Below are positions 1 through 9,913 of a DNA stretch of 64,000 nucleotides, in pieces (the stretch's first letter is position 1; the number at the start of each line of letters is the position of its first letter). A program made the position numbers and the translations under genes. Location of the stretch: positions 2,660,280 through 2,724,279 of the forward strand of contig OZ240092.1 in NCBI GenBank assembly GCA_965197285.1, in the 5' to 3' direction. The DNA is from Acidobacteriota bacterium. GTDB taxonomy: Bacteria; Acidobacteriota; UBA6911; RPQK01; CBDAPI01. The notes under the pieces were generated by a model. The model ran no database searches and was not told the origin of the DNA. It worked only from the letters and a program-made list of their open reading frames with translations.

Positions 1-1955
1 ACCGCCAGGACGGGCCCTCGATGCGCGGACCCAGCAACAGCCGCTTGAGTCGGGACTCGCGGAGAGCCGAAATCCCGCGCGGGATGTGGCACGGGGTGGG
101 AGGTGGCGAATGCGGATTTGCCACGCCCGATCCGATGGACCCGAATATCATCTGGTCCAGCGCCTCCGGATCGGGCGCCCGTGGCGGCATCGTAGCTCGT
201 TACAACGAGCAGAGGCGACAGTACAGACAGGTAGAGGTGTGGCCGGAGAGCACCGGGGGTTGGCCGGCCGCCGAGCTGAAGTATCGGTTCCAGTGGACTT
301 TTCCGCTCCTCATCTCTCCCCACAATCACGACACCGTCTATGTGACAAGCCAGTTTGTTCACCGCACCACTAATGGAGGGCAGAGCTGGGAGGTCATCAG
401 CCCCGATCTGAGCACTAACGACAAGAGCAAGCAGGGGATATCGGGCGGTCTCACTCCCGATAATATCGGAGTCGAGTACTGCTGTGTCATCTATGCGTTC
501 GATGAGTCCCCCGTCCAGGCGGGTATCTTTTGGGCGGGCTCCAACGATGGTCTGGTGCATGTGAGCCGCGACGGCGGCGAAACCTGGAGCAATGTCACCG
601 ACAACATTCCCGATTTGCCCCCTCTGGGTACGGTGAGGAACATCGACGCCTCCAAGTGGGATGCCGGAAAGGCCTATATCACCGGGGACTTCCATCAAGT
701 GGGGAACTTCGACCCTTTTGTGTACAAAACAGAGGACTACGGAGAGCACTGGTCCGCCATCACCGACGGCATTTCCGCGAGTCCTCTTTCTTATGTCCGC
801 AATATCCGGGAAGACCCCGTACGACCCGGTCTTCTTTACCTGGGCACGGAGAACGCCCTTTACGTTTCCTTTGACGATGGCGACAACTGGCAGTCCCTGC
901 AGACGAACCTGCCGCCCGCTCCCATGTACTGGATTGTCGTTCAGGAGCACTTCAATGACCTCGTCGTCGGCACTTACGGGCGCGGATTCTGGATCCTGGA
1001 CGACATCACTCCCCTGCAGCAGCTCACGGATGAGGTGATCGCTTCCGAGGCCCATCTTTTCGACCCCCGGCCTGCCTATCGGTTCCGGCCCATTACCGCT
1101 CCCATGTACATGTTCAATGATCAATCCGCCGGTAAGAATCCGCCCTACGGAGCGTCCATCAATTACTGGCTGGCCGAGAAGTCTGACCAGGAGGTCAAGC
1201 TTCGGATCACCGATCAGGGGGGAGAAACGGTTCGAACCCTGAAGGGGAAAAACAGGGCGGGAATCAATCGAGTCTGGTGGGATCTCCAGGGCGAGCCGTC
1301 CACGCAAGCCAGGCTCAGGACCAGGCCCCTTTTCGCCGAGTGGGTGAGTCTGGGTGACAAGGGTTGGCGGGAGGGCGGGGTAGGTCCGATATCGGTGCTC
1401 GTTGCTCCGGGGACCTACACTTTGATTCTCGAGGTTGGAGCCAGGCAATACCGGAGTGAACTCGAGGTTCGTAAGGATCCCAACACGGAGGGCGACGTAG
1501 CAGACATTCGTGCCCAGACCGCGTTGCTCATGGAGCTGCGCGAGGACGCTCAAGCCACCGCCGAAATCATCAACCGAATCGAGTGGATTCGTCGCCAGCT
1601 GCTGGATTTGAGGGCCGTCCTGCAGGGTCGAGACGGTCTTGAGCATCTGCTGGCGGGCGCCCGTGGCCTGGACGAAAAACTAATCAGCGTCGAGGGGAAG
1701 CTGTTTCAGCTCAAGGTTACCGAGACCGGCCAGGATCGGGTCCGGTGGCCGGCCAGAATTGCCGGCAAGCTGGCTCATCTGAAAGCCAGTATTGCCGTCG
1801 CCGATTACCCTCCCACTGACCAGCACTACGAGGTGCACAAGCTGTTGAGACAGAAGCTGAAGAGTGCCGGAAAGGAGCTGGACCGGGTCATCAAAACGGA
1901 TCTCTCCCGGTTCAACAAGCTGCTGCGAAAGCACAAACTCGGCGGCATTTCCTGA
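1..1955 (+). CDS. BNR/Asp-box repeat (sortilin/VPS10-like) secreted protein, 5'-truncated at window edge
   Basis: The 644-aa ORF reads through from position 1 with no upstream in-frame stop. It has repeated SxDxGxTW-like Asp-box motifs (TTNGGQSW, SRDGGETW, SFDDGDNW). Confidence 0.6.
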   Translation, partial: RQDGPSMRGPSNSRLSRDSRRAEIPRGMWHGVGGGECGFATPDPMDPNIIWSSASGSGARGGIVARYNEQRRQYRQVEVWPESTGGWPAAELKYRFQWTFPLLISPHNHDTVYVTSQFVHRTTNGGQSWEVISPDLSTNDKSKQGISGGLTPDNIGVEYCCVIYAFDESPVQAGIFWAGSNDGLVHVSRDGGETWSNVTDNIPDLPPLGTVRNIDASKWDAGKAYITGDFHQVGNFDPFVYKTEDYGEHWSAITDGISASPLSYVRNIREDPVRPGLLYLGTENALYVSFDDGDNWQSLQTNLPPAPMYWIVVQEHFNDLVVGTYGRGFWILDDITPLQQLTDEVIASEAHLFDPRPAYRFRPITAPMYMFNDQSAGKNPPYGASINYWLAEKSDQEVKLRITDQGGETVRTLKGKNRAGINRVWWDLQGEPSTQARLRTRPLFAEWVSLGDKGWREGGVGPISVLVAPGTYTLILEVGARQYRSELEVRKDPNTEGDVADIRAQTALLMELREDAQATAEIINRIEWIRRQLLDLRAVLQGRDGLEHLLAGARGLDEKLISVEGKLFQLKVTETGQDRVRWPARIAGKLAHLKASIAVADYPPTDQHYEVHKLLRQKLKSAGKELDRVIKTDLSRFNKLLRKHKLGGIS

Positions 1956-1957
1956 GG

Positions 1958-1984
1958 CTTCAGATTCTGGAATTTGGAATCTAG
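1958..1984. repeat. short repeat motif ctggaatttggaatcta (copy 1 of 2; also at about 63438-63458)
   Basis: Identical 17-mer seen at both sites. Each copy lies between convergent gene ends. Confidence 0.4.
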
Positions 1985-1988
1985 AAAA

Positions 1989-3566
1989 TCATCGCCTCGT
2001 GCCGGCGGCGATGCTGCGCAATCGTGGCAGGACTTCGCCCACACCCGCCGGCTCGGATTCTGGAATTCCGTAGCTGAAGTACAGTTCTCGGTAAAGGCCG
2101 TGAAGAGCTTCATACGTGGCACGAGCCTCTGTCCGGGGCTCGATGACCCGGTAGCTGGGGCAGAGGGCGTTTTGGGCCTCTTCGACGGTCTCAAAGACTC
2201 CGGCGGCGAGGAAGGCAAAGATTGCCGATCCCAGACTCGTCACTTCCCGTTTCGGAACCAGCACCGGTTTTTGCAGAACGTCGGCGTATACCTGGTTCAG
2301 GACCTGGTTCTTCTGCGGAATTCCACCGCCGTTTATGATCCGGCGAATAGGTCCGCCGTGTTCAGACAGTCGGTCAAGAATAATGCGGGTGTGAAAGGCC
2401 GTGCCTTCTATGGCGGCGAAGAGTTCGTCCCGAGCCGTTGAACTCAAACTCCAACCCAGCGTGATTCCCCCCAGATCGGGGTTGACGAGGACCGTGCGAT
2501 CTCCGTTGTCCCAGGCCAGGCGCAGCAGGCCGGTCTGTCCCGGCAGGTAGTCCTCCAGTCCGCGGGAGAGTTCTGCCACGGTTGTCGCGGCTCGCCGGGC
2601 GATCGCTTCGAAGATGTCTCCGGTGGCGGAGAGCCCGGCCTCAATTCCGTAAAGGTCGGGATGAATGGATCCCTTGACGACTCCACAAACCCCGGGAATC
2701 AGATCCACCTCTCGGGCGATGGCCATAATGCACGAGGAGGTGCCCACCACATTGACCACGTCGCCCTCTCGAATGCCGGCACCAACGGCGTCCCAATGGG
2801 CATCGAAAGCACCCACGGGGATGGGGACACCGGCCTTCAACCCCAGCTTTTCCGCCCAGTCTGCGGCCAACCTTCCAGCCAACTGACTGGATGTCTCATA
2901 ACGCCCCTGAAGCTTTTCGCGAACCCCGCCCAGCAGGGGGTCCACCTGAGCCAGAAACCGCTCCGGAGGCAATCCGCCGAGCGCCTCACTCCACATCCAT
3001 TTATGGCCCATTGCGCAAACGCTTCTGGGTACGGCGGCGGGGTCTTCGATCCCGCACAACACTGCCGCCACCATGTCGCAGTGCTCCAGCGCGGTCGCCA
3101 TCCGGAGACCCTTTTCAGGATTGTGGCGGAGCCAGTGGAGCAACTTGGAAAAGCCCCATTCTGAAGAGTACGCGCCCCCGCACCACCGGATGGCCTCCAG
3201 ATCCAGGCGGTGAGCCATCCGTGTGATCTGCTCCGCTTCCCGAGCAGCTCGATGATCACACCAAAGGTAGTAGTCGTCGAGAGGTTTCAGTTTCTCGTCG
3301 ACTGGGATGACGGTGGACCCGGTCGTGTCGAGGGCCAGCGCCAGAACCTGGCTTCCGTCGACCGCCGACTCGCGCAGGGCTGATCGCATGGCGCGGACCA
3401 GGGCGTCCATATGATCATGGTGTTTCTGGGTAGCGTGGTCGGGATCACTCTTCTTGGGCTCAAGAGGGTAGTCGGCGACCGCACAGCCAAGGGCCCCCTG
3501 TTGGCTGTCCACCATAGAGACCCGAACACTCAACGTGCCGAAATCGACGCCGGCTACAACAGCCAT
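1989..3566 (-). CDS. araB: ribulokinase (FGGY carbohydrate kinase family)
   Basis: 525 aa with N-terminal VDFGT motif and full-length FGGY N and C domains. Length and motifs are typical of AraB. Confidence 0.75.
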   Translation of the reverse strand: MAVVAGVDFGTLSVRVSMVDSQQGALGCAVADYPLEPKKSDPDHATQKHHDHMDALVRAMRSALRESAVDGSQVLALALDTTGSTVIPVDEKLKPLDDYYLWCDHRAAREAEQITRMAHRLDLEAIRWCGGAYSSEWGFSKLLHWLRHNPEKGLRMATALEHCDMVAAVLCGIEDPAAVPRSVCAMGHKWMWSEALGGLPPERFLAQVDPLLGGVREKLQGRYETSSQLAGRLAADWAEKLGLKAGVPIPVGAFDAHWDAVGAGIREGDVVNVVGTSSCIMAIAREVDLIPGVCGVVKGSIHPDLYGIEAGLSATGDIFEAIARRAATTVAELSRGLEDYLPGQTGLLRLAWDNGDRTVLVNPDLGGITLGWSLSSTARDELFAAIEGTAFHTRIILDRLSEHGGPIRRIINGGGIPQKNQVLNQVYADVLQKPVLVPKREVTSLGSAIFAFLAAGVFETVEEAQNALCPSYRVIEPRTEARATYEALHGLYRELYFSYGIPESEPAGVGEVLPRLRSIAAGTRR

Positions 3567-4019
3567 TGCAGAGCCGTCCTGCGAGCTCGGCAGTTCTGCC
3601 GGTCACCAGCGATGTCGGTCCTCGCCCTATCAGTTCTCATCGCCCGATGGCCAAGCCCTGGCGGGCCCTTCTCTCCTTTCCGAGCACACAGTCGAACTCA
3701 ATCTCAGGGTGGGGAGATTGAGATATCCGGTTTCAGAATAGAAGATCGCAGTGCCGGAAGGAAGCCTGGCTAAGCCGCTCAAGAAATTAACCGCCTCGGC
3801 TGACTCGACTGATTAGCCCTTTAAAGACGCGCCTGGGCCTCACAGCCTGGAAAACTCAATAGCCTCCACGGCGGCCTGGCGGTGGACCGAGACTAGTACG
3901 GCTCTCCACTTGAAACTGGCCCGGCATGAGGTAAGATCGCATTCAAAGAACTCGACTCGCGCCCCGCAGGAGGAATGTAACCACACCGGTCAGCTGCAAC
4001 CTGCGATCGGAATGACTCA

Positions 4020-4937
4020 ATGAAAGTGGCTAGACAGCTCTGGATTACCCCCCTGGCCATCATTGGTTTGCTGGCATTCTTCTGGCAAGTTGGAGCCCTG
4101 GAGATCTCTCGGGATTCTGAGATGTGGGCGTGGGCGCGGGCTCTGCGAGTCTCGCCGGCCACTTTACAGCACTATTCCTCGGAATTGCGTGACAGTCTAG
4201 ATCCGGAAAGGGTGGCCGCTCAGAGGCTCCAGCCCCACTCCCATGACGACTGGCAAGCCGGCATTGAGCTGGTAGAGGATGAGGAGACGGGTGTCTTCTT
4301 ACACTTTGCTCACCTTGGCGACGGCGAGTTTCCGGGAGAGGACCGCCCCTTCCAGACCACCTACACAATGGCTCACAATTCCAGCCTTCAAGAGCCGATT
4401 AATGGAGTCCTGGAGTTCTTCGATGATCAGGGGAATCCCCAGGAATTGGAGATTGCTGGTACGACGGCTTCGCAGTTCCCGTTCCGCCTGGCTCGTGGCC
4501 AGGTGAAGAGGTTTGTGACATCAGGAGCCGGTCCCTTGAAGAACGGCTGGGCTCGCATCCGAGCGGAACAGCCGATCGTCGCGACTTCGAGTTTCGGGAT
4601 CATTCGCGAAGACGGGACCGTGATTACCGACGTTGGAGTGGGTGAATCCGTTGTGGCTACGAAATTTACGATCTTTGCCGACACTACTGAAGACAGAAAC
4701 ACCGGGCTGGCGCTGGCCAATCCAAACCGGGCCCAGACGATCTCGGTCCAACTCACGCTGCGGGACACCGGCGGCACCACGGTGTCGCAGACAGAGATCG
4801 AGCTGGAGCCTCTCGGGCACGTCGCGAGGTTTGTCGATGAATTGTTCCCCCGGGTCGCGAACATCGACGAGCTCGAAGGCACGATTCTTCTCGAGTCAGT
4901 CTCGGAAAGCCTCCCCGGCCGCAGCGATTTCCGGTGA
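4020..4937 (+). CDS. secreted repeat-domain protein, N-terminal part (probably one gene with 4633..7053, joined across a frameshift near 4905-4935)
   Basis: Signal-peptide-like N-terminus. Its module GWARI...IFTIRDSG...LTLRD is repeated in the next ORF and in 14989..16296. Confidence 0.5.
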   Translation: MKVARQLWITPLAIIGLLAFFWQVGALEISRDSEMWAWARALRVSPATLQHYSSELRDSLDPERVAAQRLQPHSHDDWQAGIELVEDEETGVFLHFAHLGDGEFPGEDRPFQTTYTMAHNSSLQEPINGVLEFFDDQGNPQELEIAGTTASQFPFRLARGQVKRFVTSGAGPLKNGWARIRAEQPIVATSSFGIIREDGTVITDVGVGESVVATKFTIFADTTEDRNTGLALANPNRAQTISVQLTLRDTGGTTVSQTEIELEPLGHVARFVDELFPRVANIDELEGTILLESVSESLPGRSDFR

Positions 4938-7053
4938 AGAGGCCGGGCTGCCTGAGTTTGCGGGATTGACGCTGCTGGTCTCCGGGAGCGTGCTGACGTC
5001 AGTGCCTCTGGTGCAGCCGCCACGTCCCGACGCTGATTTCACCAACCTGGCCTTTCCTCAAGCCGCAGACGGCGTGGCCGGCAATCTGAAAGTTTCGACG
5101 ACGGCGATCCTCTTCAACAACACTCAGAACGCGGCAGGCGGCGTAATCGAGTTCTTCAAGGGCGATGGCACTCCCAACGAGATTGGCGTTGCGGGGGAAT
5201 CAACCGACAACATTCTCTTCGAAATCGAGCCCGGAGGTGTGTATCGCGTGAACACGGACGGTACAGGAGCCCTGGCCGTGGGGTGGGCCCGCGTGACCAT
5301 GGATCAGCCCCTGGCCGGAGTGGCCATCTTCACGATCCGTGACTCGGGTGGTGAGATCGTGGCTGCCGTGGGTGTTGACGCGGAGCCTTTGCGTCAGAAC
5401 TTCGAGCTGTTCGCCAACAGCCTTCAGCGGTTCAACACGGGAATTGCGCTGGTCAATCCTCTGGAGCCAGAGGAAGGCCAGGCCGACGTTCCGGTCACTT
5501 TCCGGGTTACGTTACGGAACGCCATTGGTGCTTTTGTGGCCCGGACCGATATCCAACTCTCCGCCCGACAGCACACTTCCCTCTTTTTGTCTGATCTTTT
5601 CCCCGGTGTGCCCGGCATTGACGAGTTCGATGGCCGAGCCCAGATTTCGGTACTTGGGAACGACAACTTCGCGGCCGCCGTCTCGCTGCGGTCAGCCGTA
5701 GAAAAGCTCACTTCGGTTCCAATCTTTGCCGTCAAGCGGGCGTTTGCTCCCACGGTCGAGGTCCGTTTCGCCCAACACCTGGCCGGGACGGCTCCTGCAG
5801 TTCGTTTCTCGCTTCATGAGAACTCGTTCAACTGGGCCCTCGATCGGGTGAGCATCGTTTTGCCTCAAATCGGGCTCAATACGGAGGGGATGGCCAAGGG
5901 AGTGGCCATAGGTTCCGGTTATGTCACTGCGGCAAGACGGCTGGTCCGCATCCTGCCGAGCAGAATCGACGAGACCAGTCTCGACTTCGACTTCATACTG
6001 GAAAGCGCGCAGCGCCAGACTCCTGGCGGAAGCGGATCCCTCTGGCTCGACGAAGCCGGGCAGCTGGTCATCTCACTGGCACTCGTCAGTGAGCCGGACA
6101 CAGCCGTTATTTTCTTCTCGGACACCGTCGTGTTTTTCGATCCCGGCGTCTTCGTCGTGCCCGACGACCTGGAGCAGATTTCATCTCTGATGGAGGTGGT
6201 CTCGGTCCCCAGCCGGGCCCAGGCGGAAATCGTGCGGAAGATAGAAACGGACCATGCCTTCGTGCCGGCCGGCTCCCAGCTAGCCCTGATCACCAGGATC
6301 CAACCCCTGACCCTCACGGCAGGTGAAATCCTCAACATTGAGGGACAGAACTTCGCAGACGCGCCGATCGTTCATTTTCCGGCAACGGAGGGTGAGGCGA
6401 TCCGGGTGGGGGTGCTCTCTACCGGGGAAAACTTTGTGGATGTTGTCGTGCCGGCCGGAGTGGGAACTGGGGAGATTCAAGTCGACAGCGGACTCGGACC
6501 GGGGCCCGGTCACTTCACAGAAATGTATTTCGGACCCGAGACAGGCATCGAAACTGTTTCAGACGAGGAAGGCGAGGGGATTCAGATCCGGATTGAGCAG
6601 AAAGGCAATCTGTTCTCGCTGGAATCATTCCTACTCGACCTGCTTTCCGCGGAGCCACAGGCCGTAGCCGGACTCGAACTCGATCAGGTGGTTGGCAGCC
6701 TTCAGTGGGGCCCTTTTCCACCCGACACACTTACGGTAGCCGAAATGGAAGCAGACCGTGCCGTCCTGGAGGTTGCCAATGGTTCCATCCGCCGCGGCGA
6801 TCTGATCATCGAACGCCGCACGGAGACCAATCCCGGATGGAGGCTCGAGTTTGTCCCCCGCTTTTCGTCGGGATCTATCGGGTTTCAGACGAGTGAGCGG
6901 ACGATCTCGATTCGCCTGAACCTGCCTTTTCTGGTGGGCGAAGCAGAGTTGCCCTTCTTTTCGGCCCAAATGACTTCGGCTCCGTCTGCCATAGGTGACA
7001 ACTCAGTGAGCATTGCCTATCAGGTTGGCGCTGTTGCTGAAGGGACACAATGA
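4633..7053 (+). CDS. secreted repeat-domain protein, main part (credible coding starts about 4905; the upstream part of the ORF is a frame artefact)
   Basis: Repeated ~150-aa modules (GTPNEIGVAGESTDNILFEIEPGG..., GWARVTMDQPLAGVAIFTIRDSGGE...). The module-end motif A(A)IS...LTSVP continues from the previous ORF in a different frame. Confidence 0.5.
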   Translation: MEWVNPLWLRNLRSLPTLLKTETPGWRWPIQTGPRRSRSNSRCGTPAAPRCRRQRSSWSLSGTSRGLSMNCSPGSRTSTSSKARFFSSQSRKASPAAAISGEEAGLPEFAGLTLLVSGSVLTSVPLVQPPRPDADFTNLAFPQAADGVAGNLKVSTTAILFNNTQNAAGGVIEFFKGDGTPNEIGVAGESTDNILFEIEPGGVYRVNTDGTGALAVGWARVTMDQPLAGVAIFTIRDSGGEIVAAVGVDAEPLRQNFELFANSLQRFNTGIALVNPLEPEEGQADVPVTFRVTLRNAIGAFVARTDIQLSARQHTSLFLSDLFPGVPGIDEFDGRAQISVLGNDNFAAAVSLRSAVEKLTSVPIFAVKRAFAPTVEVRFAQHLAGTAPAVRFSLHENSFNWALDRVSIVLPQIGLNTEGMAKGVAIGSGYVTAARRLVRILPSRIDETSLDFDFILESAQRQTPGGSGSLWLDEAGQLVISLALVSEPDTAVIFFSDTVVFFDPGVFVVPDDLEQISSLMEVVSVPSRAQAEIVRKIETDHAFVPAGSQLALITRIQPLTLTAGEILNIEGQNFADAPIVHFPATEGEAIRVGVLSTGENFVDVVVPAGVGTGEIQVDSGLGPGPGHFTEMYFGPETGIETVSDEEGEGIQIRIEQKGNLFSLESFLLDLLSAEPQAVAGLELDQVVGSLQWGPFPPDTLTVAEMEADRAVLEVANGSIRRGDLIIERRTETNPGWRLEFVPRFSSGSIGFQTSERTISIRLNLPFLVGEAELPFFSAQMTSAPSAIGDNSVSIAYQVGAVAEGTQ

Positions 7054-7835
7054 AGAGCCGAGTGGAGGACTTGCAGTTGAGAAGGCAAAGGACGCTCCCG
7101 ACGTGGCTGCTGGTGCTGGCACTTTCCAACCTGGCGGTCTTCGATATCTTCCTCGACACGGGATGCGGTGCCTCCGTCATCGACGTGACCCTGTCCCCTG
7201 GCAGGGTTGATTTTGGGGCGCGGCAGATTTCGGAACAAATAACCGCGTCCATCGGTCGTCCGGCGAACTGGTCAATCGATCCAGAAGAGACCGCCTGGTT
7301 TACGGTGGAAAAAATCAGCCCTACTGAGAACGTAGACAGTATTCAAATCCAAGTCACCGGAGGAGGGCTGGAAGATTTCCCCGTTGAACCATCGCAATCA
7401 ATCCGAATCACTGCCGTACCCGTTGAAGCTCAAGAGCCGTCTGGAAATCCCGTTTCCGGGCATCTGTCTGTGAGGGGCGTGGAGCCATTTATCAATAGGG
7501 TTGGGCCGAGACTCTTGCTACAAGAGGTGTCGTCGCCCGACCATCGGGCAGTATACCGTATCGAAAACCCGGGCGACATTGAATTCGAGATGACCGCTGC
7601 TGTAGGACCAGAGGGCTCGGATCTACTGACAATCAAGGATTCTCTTCAATTCGAGAACTCCCTTGCTTTCACGTTGGAGATTTCCGCTGAATTCGAGGAA
7701 GAGGATTGTTCGATCATCTCTCCGGATTATTCGTTTGAACTTTTTCGCTGTCAAAGATTTGCGTTGGTGTGTATCGAGGCAACCTCTGAGGAGTTCAGTA
7801 CCATTATTGGTGACCCGGTAATCGTCGTCTATTAG
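7050..7835 (+). CDS. hypothetical secreted protein, start overlaps upstream stop (ATGA)
   Basis: 261-aa ORF with a hydrophobic N-terminus. The ATGA start/stop overlap suggests co-transcription with the repeat-protein gene. Confidence 0.4.
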   Translation: MKSRVEDLQLRRQRTLPTWLLVLALSNLAVFDIFLDTGCGASVIDVTLSPGRVDFGARQISEQITASIGRPANWSIDPEETAWFTVEKISPTENVDSIQIQVTGGGLEDFPVEPSQSIRITAVPVEAQEPSGNPVSGHLSVRGVEPFINRVGPRLLLQEVSSPDHRAVYRIENPGDIEFEMTAAVGPEGSDLLTIKDSLQFENSLAFTLEISAEFEEEDCSIISPDYSFELFRCQRFALVCIEATSEEFSTIIGDPVIVVY

Positions 7836-7908
7836 CCAGGCCGGGGCTCTGATCTCTTCGGCAGTGTCTAAACCCTGCGCGGGGAGTGCTGGGGCCAGGA
7901 TTGTTCTG

Positions 7909-9525
7909 CTACTGTCGAAAGCGCCGGCTGTTGATACCGAACTTCTTGACTTTGTAGCCAATGATTCGCTCCGTCGTCCGAAGCAGCCGGGCAGCCCGGG
8001 CCCGGTTGCCCCCGGTGGTCTTCAAAGCATCCTGGATCAACTCCCGCTCGTAGTTCTCGGTGGCGTCCTTGAGTGAGAGACCCACAATGGTCCCCGACGC
8101 TTCAGCGGTCTGCAGTGTTGGGGGAAGATGGTAACTGTGGATTACATTGTCATCACACACGATCACTGCCCGTTCTATCGCGTTCTCCAGCTCCCGAATG
8201 TTCCCAGGCCAATGGTAGGCCGTTAGCATGTCGATGGCTGGGGTTGAGATGCGTCGGACGTTCTTGCGGTGACGCGCGCTGTACTTCTCCAGAAAGTAGT
8301 CGGCCAGCAAGAGAATGTCCGGCTTCCGATCACTCAGAGGCGGCAGGAAAATGGCGAAGACGTTGAGACGATAATACAGATCAACTCGAAAGTCCTTTTC
8401 CGAGATAGCCGATTCGAGGTCTCTGTTGGTTGCCGCGATCAGCCGAACCTCTGCTTTGACTGTGCTGGAGCTGCCCAGAGGCTCAAACTCCTTTTCCTGC
8501 AGAACGCGTAGAAGCTTGACCTGGGTACTCAGCCCGATCTCGCCGATTTCGTCCAGAAACAAGGTCCCCCCCCGGGCCACTTCGAATCTTCCGGCTTTGT
8601 TTTTTTCGGCACCCGTGAAGGCTCCCCTTCGATACCCGAAAAGCTCCGACTCGATCAGGGTCTCGGGCAGGGCGGCGCAGCTCACCTTGACAAACGGCTT
8701 GTCGGCCCGAAGAGAATTATCATGAATCGAACGCGCGATCAGTTCCTTCCCGGTCCCCGACGCTCCCCGCAACAGGACGGTTGTGCCGGTGCGGGCAACC
8801 TGGGATATCTGCTCGTAAACCTGCCGGATCGCGCTGCTGTTGCCGACGATATTGGAGAAATCAAAGCCGCTTGCAAGCGGTACGCCCGGAGAGCCGGCCT
8901 TGCCCTCGTTCGACTTCCGCAGCCGCTCCGCCTTGAACATCGTGCCCAGCATCTGGGCCACAACCTCGACGGAGCGGAGCGTGGCTTCATAATCTCTAAG
9001 AGGCTCAAAAAGAACGTCCACGCCGAGAGCTCCCACCACCCGCAGGTCCAGGTAAATCGGAGCGCACAGGAATGTCAGTTTCTGGCGGTCCTCTTCGTTT
9101 CGTCTTCCCGCGCGATTCAGGAACATCGGCTCGCGACTAATCTGTGGGATGACAACCGGCTTTCCGGACTGAACGACCTTACCGATAATTCCTTCCCCAA
9201 GATCGTAGCGAGCGCGGAGTCCTGCCGTGCTGAGCCCCTGCCCTGCCTCGATGTACAGGCTCTTGGAGTCCTCCTCGAGCAAAGCTACGATAGCCCGTAC
9301 TGCCGCCACGTGTTCTTCCAGAACCTCCATGAGACGGGGCAGGGCCGACCGCAGGTTGGGGCTGCTCGAGACAATCCGGATCACCTCGAGGACATAGGCG
9401 AAGGTGCCGGCTTGCGCCGACCGGTCCTGGGTTGCGAGGCGGCCCAGAGGCTTGTTCTTTCTCGGCGTGGGCTGCAAGGCGTCAGGGGCCTCCGTTGAAC
9501 TGGATGGAACCGGGAATTTTGGCAT
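7909..9525 (-). CDS. sigma-54-dependent transcriptional activator with N-terminal GAF domain (NifA/FhlA-like)
   Basis: GAF region followed by an AAA+ sigma-54 interaction domain (GASGTGKE, GAFTGA, ESELFGY motifs) and a C-terminal Fis-type HTH. Confidence 0.85.
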   Translation of the reverse strand: MPKFPVPSSSTEAPDALQPTPRKNKPLGRLATQDRSAQAGTFAYVLEVIRIVSSSPNLRSALPRLMEVLEEHVAAVRAIVALLEEDSKSLYIEAGQGLSTAGLRARYDLGEGIIGKVVQSGKPVVIPQISREPMFLNRAGRRNEEDRQKLTFLCAPIYLDLRVVGALGVDVLFEPLRDYEATLRSVEVVAQMLGTMFKAERLRKSNEGKAGSPGVPLASGFDFSNIVGNSSAIRQVYEQISQVARTGTTVLLRGASGTGKELIARSIHDNSLRADKPFVKVSCAALPETLIESELFGYRRGAFTGAEKNKAGRFEVARGGTLFLDEIGEIGLSTQVKLLRVLQEKEFEPLGSSSTVKAEVRLIAATNRDLESAISEKDFRVDLYYRLNVFAIFLPPLSDRKPDILLLADYFLEKYSARHRKNVRRISTPAIDMLTAYHWPGNIRELENAIERAVIVCDDNVIHSYHLPPTLQTAEASGTIVGLSLKDATENYERELIQDALKTTGGNRARAARLLRTTERIIGYKVKKFGINSRRFRQ

Positions 9526-9639
9526 CTCCTTGTATGGTCCGGCGCGTCACGCCTGCTCGGAGCAGATTCTTCCGAGACCCGACATCAATCATAACCCATT
9601 CGCCTATTGCTTTCCGACGTTTTCGTAGGTTTTCAGACA

Positions 9640-9880
9640 GAAGTAATGTTCATTCTGCCCGAGGCCTCTCGGCCTCGGCTATTTCCTGTCGCCCCCTCCG
9701 GGGGCTGGCTGGGATGACGTCATCCCTTCCCGGGGCCTTACGGCCCCGGCTATTCCCTTGTCGCCCCCTCCGGGGGCTGGCTTCAGGCCGCAGAGCGGCC
9801 GAAAGAGAATAGCCGTGGGCGCCAGCCCACGGAAATCTCCGCCGAGCACCAAGCCCTGGAAGGGCGACAGGGATCTTGGG
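9640..9880. repeat. mosaic intergenic repeat, copy A (GC hairpin units plus a conserved ggccgcag-gcggccgaaaga-aatagccgtgggcg-cagcccacggaaatctccg core)
   Basis: About 75-85% identity to 14770-14990, with a partial copy at 45420-45545. It contains two tandem sub-units and several short GC hairpins (gcccccTCCgggggc, ccgtgggc...gcccacgg). Confidence 0.55.
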
Positions 9881-9913
9881 CAACGGACCTGGACTCTGAA
9901 ACTCCGGAATCCG

